Source of the DNA: Nitrospirales bacterium
Lineage (GTDB): Bacteria > Nitrospirota > Nitrospiria > Nitrospirales > UBA8639
Assembly (NCBI GenBank): GCA_965223295.1
Contig: CBDCWC010000002.1
Span: forward strand, 672,001 to 736,000
DNA: 64,000 nt
Direction: 5' to 3'
Positions 9,773-19,452 of the stretch are shown here, piece by piece. Below the pieces are notes generated by a model. It saw only the letters and a list, made by a program, of their open reading frames with translations. It had not been told where the DNA came from and searched no databases. The position numbers and the translations under genes are program-made. Positions within the stretch are counted from its first letter, which is position 1, and each line of letters begins with the position of its first letter.

Positions 9773-10450
9773 ATGAAACCTATGAGTCTTCTCCCCTATC
9801 GTGATCTTATTCTTGGCCAAGATTACTGGATCCAAGACAATGTGTTGCCCAGTGCTCTTGAAGTCGCTCAACGCTGCATGACATTTACAACATGGACCCT
9901 AGGTTCGCCATGGCGTCAAGAACCTTGGCCTGGCATGAGAGCCCCTCAGGCGTTGCTGCCTCAAGAAATGCACACGATTGAAACCTGCGTCAAACAACAC
10001 TTGAACGTCCCAACCCTCACCCCTCAGACAGATTCGGAAGCAGGCCTCTCTGGACATAACCATATTCAGATTTGTGGTGGATCAGAAGGGGTGGCACGCC
10101 CCCATGTCGATTCGGCCAGAATCTGTGACTATGCGGCCGTCCTTTATTTGCATCCAAACCCGCCCACCACTCACTGTGGAACTTCATTTTATCGCTTACA
10201 TCTTCCTGGAGAAACGCCGGATGGAAATTACTGCCCGAAAGAACATGAAAGTCTCAGCGAAGTACCTGGGATCTCCCGGGAAATGGACCCCACGATGTTC
10301 GAGGAAATTCTAGAGGCACCCTATGTCTTCAATCGTCTGGTCGCCTATAAAGCTGACCTCATTCACTCCGCCACTGGCTATTTCGGCTGGGATCATGCCT
10401 TAGCCTCAAAACGGATGGCCGTCGTCTTTTTCTGGAAAGCTCCGACGTGA
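9773..10450 (+). CDS. DUF6445-like 2OG-Fe(II) oxygenase
   Basis: WPGMR, PHVD, AAVLYL, GTSFYR, FNRLVAY...IHSA, KRM. Confidence 0.75.
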   Translation: MKPMSLLPYRDLILGQDYWIQDNVLPSALEVAQRCMTFTTWTLGSPWRQEPWPGMRAPQALLPQEMHTIETCVKQHLNVPTLTPQTDSEAGLSGHNHIQICGGSEGVARPHVDSARICDYAAVLYLHPNPPTTHCGTSFYRLHLPGETPDGNYCPKEHESLSEVPGISREMDPTMFEEILEAPYVFNRLVAYKADLIHSATGYFGWDHALASKRMAVVFFWKAPT

Positions 10451-10466
10451 TAATGGCAAATTTATG

Positions 10467-11003
10467 CTATGGACTTTTCTGAGAAAATATTTTTATTTTG
10501 AGTATGTAGGCCGCGCTAAAGCCTAAGGCCAAGCCAATTCCCCATCCTGCTAACACATCCGTCATGTAGTGGGCGCCCAGATAGATCCGTGAGAGACCGA
10601 TAAGACCCATGAGCGGCCATAAGATCCAGCCCAGCGTAGGATACAGCACAACCAGGAATGCGATGGCCGTGCTGGAGTTCAAGGCATGGTTGGACGGCAG
10701 GCTGAAACTTCCACCACAGCCTACCAGCTCATGAACCTGTGTAAGAATTTGGCAGGGTCGCGGACGCGCAATCAGATTTTTTAGTTGCCCGCCTAGTAAG
10801 TCACTGAACCCGATCAATAGCCCTAAAGTCGGTAGAGCAAACTTTGCTTCGTCCCATCTACGCCAACCCCAATAGGCCATGGCCAATATTCCGGGAATAA
10901 TTAAATTGCTCTCTTGGGAGCATTGGAACATGAGCCAATCCAATTCAGGCAACTGCCCGGCCCATCCGTTAATGACTCGAAACCATTCTTCGTCAAATGA
11001 CAT
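10467..11003 (-). CDS. PAP2-family membrane phosphatase
   Basis: K-x6-RP, PSNHA, SRIYLGAHYMTD. Confidence 0.9.
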   Translation of the reverse strand: MSFDEEWFRVINGWAGQLPELDWLMFQCSQESNLIIPGILAMAYWGWRRWDEAKFALPTLGLLIGFSDLLGGQLKNLIARPRPCQILTQVHELVGCGGSFSLPSNHALNSSTAIAFLVVLYPTLGWILWPLMGLIGLSRIYLGAHYMTDVLAGWGIGLALGFSAAYILKIKIFSQKSP

Positions 11004-11123
11004 GGATGAGACTCACGATATGTGTACATTCTGGATTCAAGAACGACGATCTTTGCCTTACTCTCTGCAGCAAATCTGTTTGATATGCTACCATGCTCTT
11101 TTGAATAATAAAGGAGTGATTGC

Positions 11124-11906
11124 ATGTTGATTGATACCCATGTGCATTTAGATGATGCCCGATATGACGCTGACCGTGAAGCCGTGTTTCAGCGCGCAGA
11201 AGCAGCAGGTGTCGGGGCTTTCATTACGATTGGTTGTGATTTGACCACCAGTACAGCAGCCGTGAAATTAGCCGCTGAGCGTTCGAATGTCTATGCCACG
11301 GTAGGAGTGCATCCCCACGAAGTCAAACGAATCGAGCCTCACTGGTATGAAGAACTCCAACAATTAGCTCAGCAACCTAAGGTTGTAGCGTTTGGAGAAA
11401 TTGGTTTGGATTATCATTATGATCATTCCCCACGTGAGATCCAACGCCAGCAATTTCGAGAACAAGTCACCATAGCCAAATCTCTAAACCTCCCCCTGGT
11501 CATTCATACACGGGAAGCACAGGAAGATACGATGACCATTCTTCAGGAAGAGCAAGCTGAATCCGTCGGAGGCGTGTTTCATTGTTTTTCCGGAGATCCG
11601 TGGTTGGCCAAAGAGGCTCTAGATTTAGGTTTCTACCTGTCGTTTTCGGGAATCATCACGTTTCGTAATGCCACGCTGCTTCGAGATGTGATCCGCACGG
11701 TGCCTGATGATCGCATCTTAATCGAAACAGACGCTCCGTATTTAACGCCGGTTCCCTTTCGAGGAAAACGCAATGAATCGGCCTATGTCAAACATGTTGC
11801 CGAACAGATCGCGGAATTAAAATTTGGCGACTCGACAACCGGGCTCTCCGAAATATCAGAACTCACCACACATAACGCCCAGCGTCTCTTTAAAATTTCT
11901 TCATAA
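11124..11906 (+). CDS. tatD: TatD-family hydrolase/DNase
   Basis: DTHVH, GVHPH, GEIGLD, HCFSG, ETDAPYL. Confidence 0.93.
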   Translation: MLIDTHVHLDDARYDADREAVFQRAEAAGVGAFITIGCDLTTSTAAVKLAAERSNVYATVGVHPHEVKRIEPHWYEELQQLAQQPKVVAFGEIGLDYHYDHSPREIQRQQFREQVTIAKSLNLPLVIHTREAQEDTMTILQEEQAESVGGVFHCFSGDPWLAKEALDLGFYLSFSGIITFRNATLLRDVIRTVPDDRILIETDAPYLTPVPFRGKRNESAYVKHVAEQIAELKFGDSTTGLSEISELTTHNAQRLFKISS

Positions 11907-12438
11907 TACGATTCCGTTGACGTAGTTTTTTGGGCAATTTCCGCGGATTGCCTTTCTTCTCTTTTGGCCGTGTTGACATATCTTCACTGGCCTCTTTTCC
12001 CTCCGGTCCGGCTCGAGAAGACCGAGCAGACGAACGTGCTTGACTCCCCCTGTGCAAACGAGTGAGAAATTCCTGTGACCGGATCACAAACGCGCCAAAG
12101 GCTCGCGCCACGTTGGCAACTTCAAGATCGGATGATACCACAGCCGTCTCTTTTCCAAACCTCCGAATTAATTGTTGAATGACTTGATCGGCTCGTTCCC
12201 CTTCCGCCGAATATATCACAGTCACTCCCGTATGATGAGACGTCTGTCGGTTATTTCCTGATTGCCGCCACGCATCAAACACAACGGTAATAGGACAATG
12301 TATACTCTGCCCATACAAACCGAGACGCGTGACAAATTGTTCGCGGTGGACTTCTCCTGATCCAATAACTTTCTGAGGAGGAAGCCCCGTGGCCCCTAAC
12401 ACATTATAGCCATCAATGATAAGATGTTGTGGTGTCAT
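11890..12438 (-). CDS. NYN-domain (YacP/Rae1-like) ribonuclease
   Basis: IIDGYNV, VVFDA, ADQVI, VVSSD. Confidence 0.85.
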   Translation of the reverse strand: MTPQHLIIDGYNVLGATGLPPQKVIGSGEVHREQFVTRLGLYGQSIHCPITVVFDAWRQSGNNRQTSHHTGVTVIYSAEGERADQVIQQLIRRFGKETAVVSSDLEVANVARAFGAFVIRSQEFLTRLHRGSQARSSARSSRAGPEGKEASEDMSTRPKEKKGNPRKLPKKLRQRNRIMKKF

Positions 12439-12574
12439 ACTTGAAAGCTAGGCCCTATACAATGACAAAGTTCTAATGTCCAGTCTACACTTCAATGAGC
12501 GACGATGCACCTCAACCTTATCTTGACAAGAAATAAATCATCTGCGAAAAAATAGAGGAACGGTTGAATTTTCT

Positions 12575-13852
12575 ATGTTTTACTTGCGAACGATAGTTTT
12601 CTATTCCTATCTGGTGCTTCTTTTTTCCACCTTTGCTCCAACCTGGGCGGGGGAAGGTGGGCTCCGTCTGCCGGTGCAAGAAGAATCATTCCCTCCGTTC
12701 CAATTAGTGGCAAAACGTTCGAACGAGAGCATGGTTCGAAATATTCGAACCCACCAGCATAAAACCTACACTCGTTTAGTCTTGGACATCGATCAAGATA
12801 TTCATCCCGCACCATCCGACCAGCACAGGAATCAATCATTTCAACTCAAGCTTCCTCATACACGTATTCTCAAACGAGCGCTGTCAAAAACGAACGGCAA
12901 AAATTTTCCGATTACCATACATGTGTCAAGAACGAAGCAAGGATCTCTTGTCCTCACCATACCCACCAAATCTTGGAAGAAATACAAGTGGTACGTCCTG
13001 CAAAATCCTGCTCGGCTGGTCTTAGATTTATATCCGGATTCATCACAACCCACTACAGTTGTGAAAGCACCGAAAGCTTCGGCAAAATCATCGGTGACAC
13101 CTCAGGTAACAAAAAAGACTCCATCGTCTCCTGTCGTTGTGCCTCCTCCTAAAGCCCTCACGCAGAAAAAACAGATGATCATTGTGCTTGATCCGGGCCA
13201 TGGAGGGAAAGACCCGGGTGCTTTAGGTGGAAAAGGTACGAAAGAGAAGGATATTGTTTTAAAAATTTCTCGTCATCTTCGTGACCTGTTAGCAAAACAA
13301 ACTGGCGCCAAAGTATTAATGACGCGCGAAAAAGATATGTTTATCGAATTAGAAGATCGAGCGATCTTTGCCAACAAACGCAAAGCCGACTTGTTCGTCT
13401 CAATTCATATTAACTCCAATACGAAAAAGTCTATAAGAGGGCTGGAAATGTATCACTTCGGAGAAGCCAGCGATCCGCGGGCCCTTGAAGTGTCCGCGCG
13501 AGAAAACGGCACACCGCTTCAAGATAATGGACCAGCCTGGCAATTCATCCTTGCAGATAAGCTGCATGACAAAAAAATTGAAGATTCCCAGGAGTTTGCC
13601 TGGACGACGAAAAAAGCGCTTGTGAATTATTTAAAGCCTTTTTACAAAGTCAAAGATCACGGGGTTAAAACGGCCCCCTTCTTTGTCCTTCGCATGACCA
13701 CCATGCCAGCCATCTTGGCCGAAATTGCTTTCATCTCAAATCCCACTGAAGAAAAACTTCTCAAAAGTTCAAAATATCAAAAACGCGTGGCTCAAGGAAT
13801 CTTTGAAGGCATCAAATCGTACATCAAACCTCTACAAACCGCCTCTCGATAA
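12575..13852 (+). CDS. N-acetylmuramoyl-L-alanine amidase with AMIN-like N-terminus
   Basis: LDPGHGGKDPGA, ADLFVSIH, LAEIAFISN; RLVLD repeats. Confidence 0.92.
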   Translation: MFYLRTIVFYSYLVLLFSTFAPTWAGEGGLRLPVQEESFPPFQLVAKRSNESMVRNIRTHQHKTYTRLVLDIDQDIHPAPSDQHRNQSFQLKLPHTRILKRALSKTNGKNFPITIHVSRTKQGSLVLTIPTKSWKKYKWYVLQNPARLVLDLYPDSSQPTTVVKAPKASAKSSVTPQVTKKTPSSPVVVPPPKALTQKKQMIIVLDPGHGGKDPGALGGKGTKEKDIVLKISRHLRDLLAKQTGAKVLMTREKDMFIELEDRAIFANKRKADLFVSIHINSNTKKSIRGLEMYHFGEASDPRALEVSARENGTPLQDNGPAWQFILADKLHDKKIEDSQEFAWTTKKALVNYLKPFYKVKDHGVKTAPFFVLRMTTMPAILAEIAFISNPTEEKLLKSSKYQKRVAQGIFEGIKSYIKPLQTASR

Positions 13853-13977
13853 CTTCCCCCCTTCTCACTCCACTTTTCCCCAACTTCTATTCGATCTTTT
13901 CTTCTGGCTTGGGGTTCGGTACCATCCTTCCAACTTTTCGCTGTCTCGGCAGAGCGTTACAATAGCCTAACTTTACT

Positions 13978-14712
13978 GTGGCAATCATTAGACTCACGAT
14001 TGAATACGATGGTACGGCCTACGCGGGATGGCAACGCCAACCGAACCACCCAACCATTCAAGCTGTTCTTGAAGAGGCATTGTTTAGAGTTACGCAGGAA
14101 CACATTCCAATCGTGGCAGCAGGACGAACGGATTCAGGGGTGCATGCTTTAGGACAAGCAGCTAGCTTTCAGTCCAATAAAAGTTTGCCTGGCGCACAAT
14201 GGTCCTCGGCACTCAATAACTATCTTCCCAAAGATATCTCCGTGCGCTCTAGCGAACAAGTTCAAGAAGATTTCCATGCTCGATTTAGTGCTAAAGGAAA
14301 AACGTATGAATATCGAATGACTCTGCGGTCGTCTCGCCCGGCCTTGGACCGTTATCGAACTTGGCATATCCCCTATGTTTTAGATACGGAAGCCATGAAA
14401 CAGTCCCTTCCTGAAATCTTAGGCACTCATGACTTCTCTTCGTTTCGCGGTCAACGATCCCAGACGAAAAACCCCATCTGTACCATTACAGACCTTTCTC
14501 TTGATCTCGAAGGATCTTCATTGAAATTTCGTATTGAGGGTGATCGTTTTCTGAAGCAAATGGTTCGGGCTATTGTCGGCACTTTAGTTGAGATAGGCTT
14601 GCATAAGCGAAGACCCGGTACCATCTCTGACGTCATTCATGCCAGAAATCGTCGAGCCGCCGGTCGCACTGCCCCGCCCCATGGGCTATATCTTACCAAG
14701 GTGAAATACTAA
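13978..14712 (+). CDS. truA: tRNA pseudouridine(38-40) synthase
   Basis: YDGTAYAGWQRQ, GRTDSGVHA, FLKQMVR. Confidence 0.96.
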   Translation: MAIIRLTIEYDGTAYAGWQRQPNHPTIQAVLEEALFRVTQEHIPIVAAGRTDSGVHALGQAASFQSNKSLPGAQWSSALNNYLPKDISVRSSEQVQEDFHARFSAKGKTYEYRMTLRSSRPALDRYRTWHIPYVLDTEAMKQSLPEILGTHDFSSFRGQRSQTKNPICTITDLSLDLEGSSLKFRIEGDRFLKQMVRAIVGTLVEIGLHKRRPGTISDVIHARNRRAAGRTAPPHGLYLTKVKY

Positions 14713-14805
14713 TTCCATGGACATCCAAGCTTTATAAATTCGAGTCTGACCCCTAAATCATTGGCATGACGTGCCCCCAGTGATTGTTCCAGTGTGCATG
14801 CAGCT

Positions 14806-15651
14806 TTAAGCGCATTTTGGAATTAATGCCTCAGGGGTTGGTGGTTTGTATCCTAAAGCGCTATGGGGACGCACCTGCTTATAGTGTTGCCGCCACCATT
14901 CGATGAGCACTTGCGCTTCCCGGAGCGTATAGAAGATTTCCCCGTTCAAGAGCTCATCCCGCAGTTTGCCATTCAAACTCTCATTATAGCCATTCTCCCA
15001 GGGGCTGCCTGGTTCGATAAACAAGGTGCCGACCCCTAGCTGGGCGAGCCATTGTCGAACAGCCTTCGCGGTAAATTCTGGGCCGTTATCCGAACGAATA
15101 TATCCCGGACAACCGTGCTGCAGAAACAGCTCAGCCAGCCGATGTAGCACATCATCGGCTCGAAGATGCCGAGCGACCTCAATAGCCAAACATTCTCGGG
15201 TATATTCATCGACAATGGTCAGCAAGCGTACCGGGCGACCATCATGGGTCCGCGTGGCCACAAAATCGTAGGCCCAGACATGATTTGGATGTTGAGGCTG
15301 GAGCCGCACACAGGAGTCCTTGTTGATCCAGAGTCGCCCCCGTTTGGGTTGCTTCTTCGGCACTTTTAAGCCTTCCCGCCGCCAAATCCGTTCCACGCGT
15401 TTATGATTCACGTGCCAGCCCTCGACTCGAACCAACGCGGTGATGCGTCGGTAGCCATAGCGCCCATACTTTCGAGCCAGCCGCACAATCGTTTTAGTTA
15501 ACGCTTCTTCGTCCCCTCGGACCTGAGCCTGATACCGCTGTGTCGATCGAGGTTGCCCCAGCACCTGGCACGTCCGCCGTTCCGCCACCCTCAGTCGTTG
15601 CCCAATGGTGTGAACGGCTCGGCGGCGTCGGGTGGGGCTTAGAAGTTTCCC
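14806..15651 (-). CDS. IS3-family transposase OrfB (DDE), reached by -1 frameshift
   Basis: [23 protein letters not shown]; frame is open back to G_GGA_AAC at 15651-15645. Confidence 0.9.
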   Translation of the reverse strand, partial: GKLLSPTRRRRAVHTIGQRLRVAERRTCQVLGQPRSTQRYQAQVRGDEEALTKTIVRLARKYGRYGYRRITALVRVEGWHVNHKRVERIWRREGLKVPKKQPKRGRLWINKDSCVRLQPQHPNHVWAYDFVATRTHDGRPVRLLTIVDEYTRECLAIEVARHLRADDVLHRLAELFLQHGCPGYIRSDNGPEFTAKAVRQWLAQLGVGTLFIEPGSPWENGYNESLNGKLRDELLNGEIFYTLREAQVLIEWWRQHYKQVRPHSALGYKPPTPEALIPKCA

Positions 15652-15917
15652 TCAGCTGCTTCCTTCAGAATCAATTTATCCAGGGTGAGATCTGCCACGG
15701 CTCGCTTCAAGCGGGCATTCTCGCGCTCCAAGTCTTTGAGTCGTTTCGCCTGATCAAGCTTCAGTCCACCATATTCCTGCCGCCACCGATAGTAGGTGGG
15801 ATCGGTGATATTCCACTTCCGACAAATGTCTTTGACGGTCTGCCCTTGCCCCAACAGGACCTCCGCTTCCCGCAGTTTGTGAATGATTTGTTCAACCGAG
15901 TACTTCACACGTGCCAT
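15639..15917 (-). CDS. IS3-family transposase OrfA
   Basis: [14 protein letters not shown] and leucine zipper [12 protein letters not shown]. Confidence 0.92.
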   Translation of the reverse strand: MARVKYSVEQIIHKLREAEVLLGQGQTVKDICRKWNITDPTYYRWRQEYGGLKLDQAKRLKDLERENARLKRAVADLTLDKLILKEAAEGNF

Positions 15918-15986
15918 GATACCCTCCTTTTTTATATGCCCTAGCCTGTAACATAGGCCTCGGAGCCGTTTAAAGGGGGCACGCCA

Positions 15987-16153
15987 ATGTCGCGATGGGG
16001 CAAACGATCAACACGACGTACGTGGATCAATCGCCACTCTCGTCTGCCATCTACACCATCACGGCTCACGATGCCGCTGGCAATGTTTCGCTGCACAGCA
16101 ATCCTGTTGAACACAGTAATGGCGGAGGGAATGGCGGCAAGGGGAGAAAATAG
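15987..16153 (+). pseudogene. C-terminal remnant of a fibronectin type III domain protein
   Basis: Manual translation ...TTYVDQSPLSSAIYTITAHDAAGNVSLHSNPV...GGGNGGKGRK*, beginning at the IS end. Confidence 0.65.
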
Positions 16154-16178
16154 ATAAGGCACTAAACTAAGTTGTTCA

Positions 16179-16203
16179 TTGGATGCTCTTCGCGAGCATC
16201 CAA
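16179..16203. terminator. Hairpin between convergent FN3 remnant and fbaB
   Basis: Perfect 10-bp stem TTGGATGCTC-TTCGC-GAGCATCCAA; no clear U-tract. Confidence 0.4.
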
Positions 16204-16263
16204 GCGTAGTAGGGGGTAAACTGTTGGTTAGATAATTTACTGCGCGGCATTGGGTGTGTAAGA

Positions 16264-17187
16264 TTATTGCAACTCTCCTGAATAGATTTTCATGACGGTT
16301 GACAGAAATTCCAATGCCTCCGGTTTCTTACGCTGAAAGGAATTCCGTCCAATAATTGATCCAAACCCGCCCCCATCCCGAATGGCTCGGGCTTCATCAA
16401 AAATCTTATTATCTTCGCCCCTGGCCCCGCCTGAAAAAATGACGATGCGTCGACCATCAAACGTACTTTGCATCACATGTCGAATACGTTCAGCGGGTGT
16501 ACTGATGGGTATTTTTTCCGCTTCATATACTTTTTTTGCAGCCGCCTGCTCTACATGAGCGCTGGGAACTTTTACTTTGATAATATGAGACCCTAACTGA
16601 GCCGCGATTTGAGCCGCATAAGCGACAACATCCATGGCCGTCTCCCCTTCCTTGCTCAACCCTGAACCACGAGGGTAGGACCACACCACCACGGCAAGGC
16701 CATACGACTTCGCTTCTTCAGCAATCTCACGCAATTGCTGATACATGGTTTGGCTATGAGCTGACCCAGGGTAGATAGTATAGCCAACAGCACAACAACC
16801 TAATCGCAGAGCATCTCGCACACTTCCCGTAATCGCGGAATTAGGGTCTTTGGTCTCTTGCAAGGAGTCATTGTTATTTAGCTTGAGGATGAGAGGAATT
16901 TGTCCGGCATATTCGGCAGCCCCAGCTTCAAGAAACCCAAGAGGCGCAGCATAGGCATTACAACCAGACTCAATTCCCAATTGAAAATGTGAAAAGGGAT
17001 CATACCCCGCCGGGTTCGGAGCAAATGATCGAGCTGGACCATGCTCAAAGCCCTGATCAACAGGGAGAATCACTAAACGTCCCGTCCCTCCCAATGTTCC
17101 ATTCATGAGTAACCGAGCCAGATTCATTAATACGCCGGGAGAATTGCCTTCATAATTTCGTAAAATTTCTCTCACACGAGGTGTCAT
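16264..17187 (-). CDS. fbaB: Class I fructose-bisphosphate aldolase (DhnA/FbaB type)
   Basis: ILPVDQGFEHGPARSF, WSYPRG, IIKVK, SIIGRNSFQR. Confidence 0.92.
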   Translation of the reverse strand: MTPRVREILRNYEGNSPGVLMNLARLLMNGTLGGTGRLVILPVDQGFEHGPARSFAPNPAGYDPFSHFQLGIESGCNAYAAPLGFLEAGAAEYAGQIPLILKLNNNDSLQETKDPNSAITGSVRDALRLGCCAVGYTIYPGSAHSQTMYQQLREIAEEAKSYGLAVVVWSYPRGSGLSKEGETAMDVVAYAAQIAAQLGSHIIKVKVPSAHVEQAAAKKVYEAEKIPISTPAERIRHVMQSTFDGRRIVIFSGGARGEDNKIFDEARAIRDGGGFGSIIGRNSFQRKKPEALEFLSTVMKIYSGELQ

Positions 17188-17307
17188 CTCAACTGCTCCT
17201 TCCACAGACCATACAGAAAATTTTTATAACCCTAAACATATAAAAATGATCAACATCTAGTGTAAAAGAGCATGGCACCGAAAACAACATGAGCCATCAC
17301 TCTTTTT

Positions 17308-17497
17308 GGGTCTGTTGAAAAAAGCCGCCAGCGGCGTTCTCGCCATTTTTCCGTGCTCACGTAGTACCAATACGCTCCGCGCGAAAAAATGGCTGCGGTC
17401 TTGCTGGACGAAATTTTTGAACAGACCCGAGGCCTCTGACATGTGACGCCACAGAGGCTAAATGTGGCCGTCGATATCATCATTATTCAACCGTCCC
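17308..17497 (+). mobile_element. MITE copy 3
   Basis: Same ends as copy 1; flanks TTTTT/TTTTT. Confidence 0.85.
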
Positions 17498-17517
17498 TTT
17501 TTCCAAATTTATGATGA

Positions 17518-18204
17518 CTAATCTGTCTGTTCGATTTTTTTTCGAAGCGTGATTAGTTCTTGCTCCATTGCTTCAAAACGTTCAGCGATAGGATCTGGAA
17601 TATTTGTATGATCCATCGTGGCCTCGGGTAAACGGGCTCCATCATATTTGACGATACGGCCAGGATTTCCCACGACTGTTGAATTTGCCGGCACTGACCG
17701 AAGCACAACAGCATTGGCCCCAACCTTCACGTTATCCCCAATGGAAATTCCTCCCAAAACTTTGGCTCCTGCCCCCACGACGACATGATTCCCCAATGTT
17801 GGATGGCGTTTGCCGCGTTCTTTCCCAGTTCCTCCTAACGTGACTCCCTGAAACAACGTCACGTAATCTCCGATTTCTGTGGTCTCCCCGATGACCACTC
17901 CCATTCCATGGTCAATGAAGAATCCAACTCCAATTGTCGCGCCCGGATGTATTTCCACTCCAGTCAGCCAACGTGCAAGTTGAGAAATCAGCCGAGGGAA
18001 AAATGGCACATGCTGCTTCAAAAGCCAATGGGAAATTCGATAGGCCAGAAGGGCATGAAACCCAGAATACGTGAAAAATACCTCTAATCGGCTCGTCGCA
18101 GCCGGATCCCGCTCAAAAACCGCTTGAAGATCTTGTGCAATTTGCGACATGTTCAACATTCGAGCACCTGGGCCAACGGCCAAAATCAATGGACCTTCTC
18201 TCAC
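17518..18204 (-). CDS. cysE: Serine O-acetyltransferase
   Basis: RDPAA, EIHPGA, IDHGMGVVIGET, KRHPT. Confidence 0.95.
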   Translation of the reverse strand: MREGPLILAVGPGARMLNMSQIAQDLQAVFERDPAATSRLEVFFTYSGFHALLAYRISHWLLKQHVPFFPRLISQLARWLTGVEIHPGATIGVGFFIDHGMGVVIGETTEIGDYVTLFQGVTLGGTGKERGKRHPTLGNHVVVGAGAKVLGGISIGDNVKVGANAVVLRSVPANSTVVGNPGRIVKYDGARLPEATMDHTNIPDPIAERFEAMEQELITLRKKIEQTD

Positions 18205-18210
18205 ATTCCC

Positions 18211-18690
18211 TCAAGCTTTCTGAGACTCTATCAAACAGATGGCCATGACCGCGATGCCTTCTTTCCGGCCAATCATGCCAATTCCTTCGCCACTTTTGAC
18301 TTTGATATTCACCTGATGACGATCAACCCTCAACACTCGAGCCAAATTCTCACCCATATCATTCAAATAAGGCGCCAGTTTCGGTGCCTGGGCACAGATC
18401 ACGGTATCCAGATTCATCAGGGCATAATGCTCTTCTCGGAGAGTTTGCACAACATTTTCCAACATTAGCAAGCTGGACATATCTTGAAAGGCCGGATTAC
18501 TTGCTGGATACCGCGTTCCAAGATCGCCTTTTCCCAATGCGCCCAAGACCGCATCACAGACGGCATGCGTTAACGCATCGGCATCAGAATGGCCATCCAA
18601 CCCGTGCGAATGAGGTATCGTCACTCCGCCTAAAATTAACACCCGCCCTTCAGTTAAAGGGTGAATATCATATCCTTGACCAACTCTCAT
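18211..18690 (-). CDS. ispF: 2-C-methyl-D-erythritol 2,4-cyclodiphosphate synthase
   Basis: GQGYDIH, GHSDAD. Confidence 0.95.
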   Translation of the reverse strand: MRVGQGYDIHPLTEGRVLILGGVTIPHSHGLDGHSDADALTHAVCDAVLGALGKGDLGTRYPASNPAFQDMSSLLMLENVVQTLREEHYALMNLDTVICAQAPKLAPYLNDMGENLARVLRVDRHQVNIKVKSGEGIGMIGRKEGIAVMAICLIESQKA

Positions 18691-18747
18691 AGGTTTTGGC
18701 TCTTTTGATTTCTCACTTCACCATACTCCTCAACACCATCACCACCG

Positions 18748-19452
18748 TCAGGATTGCATATGGTCTCTCTTCAATATCGCTTCGCCAAAAATTAGGTCAT
18801 CAGGCTTGGTGATCTTAATATTAAAACAACTCCCCTCTACAACAGAAACCGGATAGCCCTTTCGTTCAATCAAAGCCGCATCATCCGTAACATTCCAATG
18901 TTCGCGCTCGGCTTGTCGATGCCCCTCGCAGAGCCAATCATATCGAAAAACTTGTGGCGTTTGAATATGCCATAACTCTTCTCGCTTTAGGGTTTCTTGA
19001 ATCATATGGGATGTATCAACTCGTTTGACGGTATCATGAATAGGCATAGCCACTACCGCAGCACCCGTTTGTTCCGCGCGGGCAATACTTTGTGTAACCA
19101 TGTCCTCTTGAATGAAAGGGCGCACACCATCATGAACTAAGACCAACTCGGGAGGCTCAGTAATAGCGAAAAGTCCATGACGCACCGAATCCTGACGACG
19201 TGCTCCACCGGCCACAATCTGAGTCACTTTCTCCAACCCAAATGGTTTCACAATTTCACGCCAACAATAGTCTTGATCGTCTTTTGGAACAGAGAGGATA
19301 ATTTCACGTATTGCTGGAATCTGCTGAAAAACCTTGAGGGAGAGAACTAGAAGAGGGATACCGCCAAGAGTCAGATATTGCTTACGGGCCGTTCCGCCCA
19401 TGCGAGTCCCCAGGCCCGCGGCAGGGACCACCGCCACAACAGATTTAGACAC
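18748..19452 (-). CDS. ispD: 2-C-methyl-D-erythritol 4-phosphate cytidylyltransferase
   Basis: PAAGLGTRM, VHDGVRP, QTPQVF, TDDA, NIKITKPDD. Confidence 0.95.
   Translation of the reverse strand: MSKSVVAVVPAAGLGTRMGGTARKQYLTLGGIPLLVLSLKVFQQIPAIREIILSVPKDDQDYCWREIVKPFGLEKVTQIVAGGARRQDSVRHGLFAITEPPELVLVHDGVRPFIQEDMVTQSIARAEQTGAAVVAMPIHDTVKRVDTSHMIQETLKREELWHIQTPQVFRYDWLCEGHRQAEREHWNVTDDAALIERKGYPVSVVEGSCFNIKITKPDDLIFGEAILKRDHMQS

Larger units (their letters stand above)
14767..15986 (-). mobile_element. IS3-family insertion sequence, apparently intact
   Basis: TG...CA ends with imperfect inverted repeats TGACGTGCCCCC / TGGCGTGCCCCC; orfA-orfB arrangement; no target duplication. Confidence 0.92.

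Noticed and set aside
16160-16235. Possible integron attC site (hairpin followed by GTTAGAT)
   Set aside because: No proper complementary RYYYAAC end, asymmetric arms, and no integrase or cassette array.
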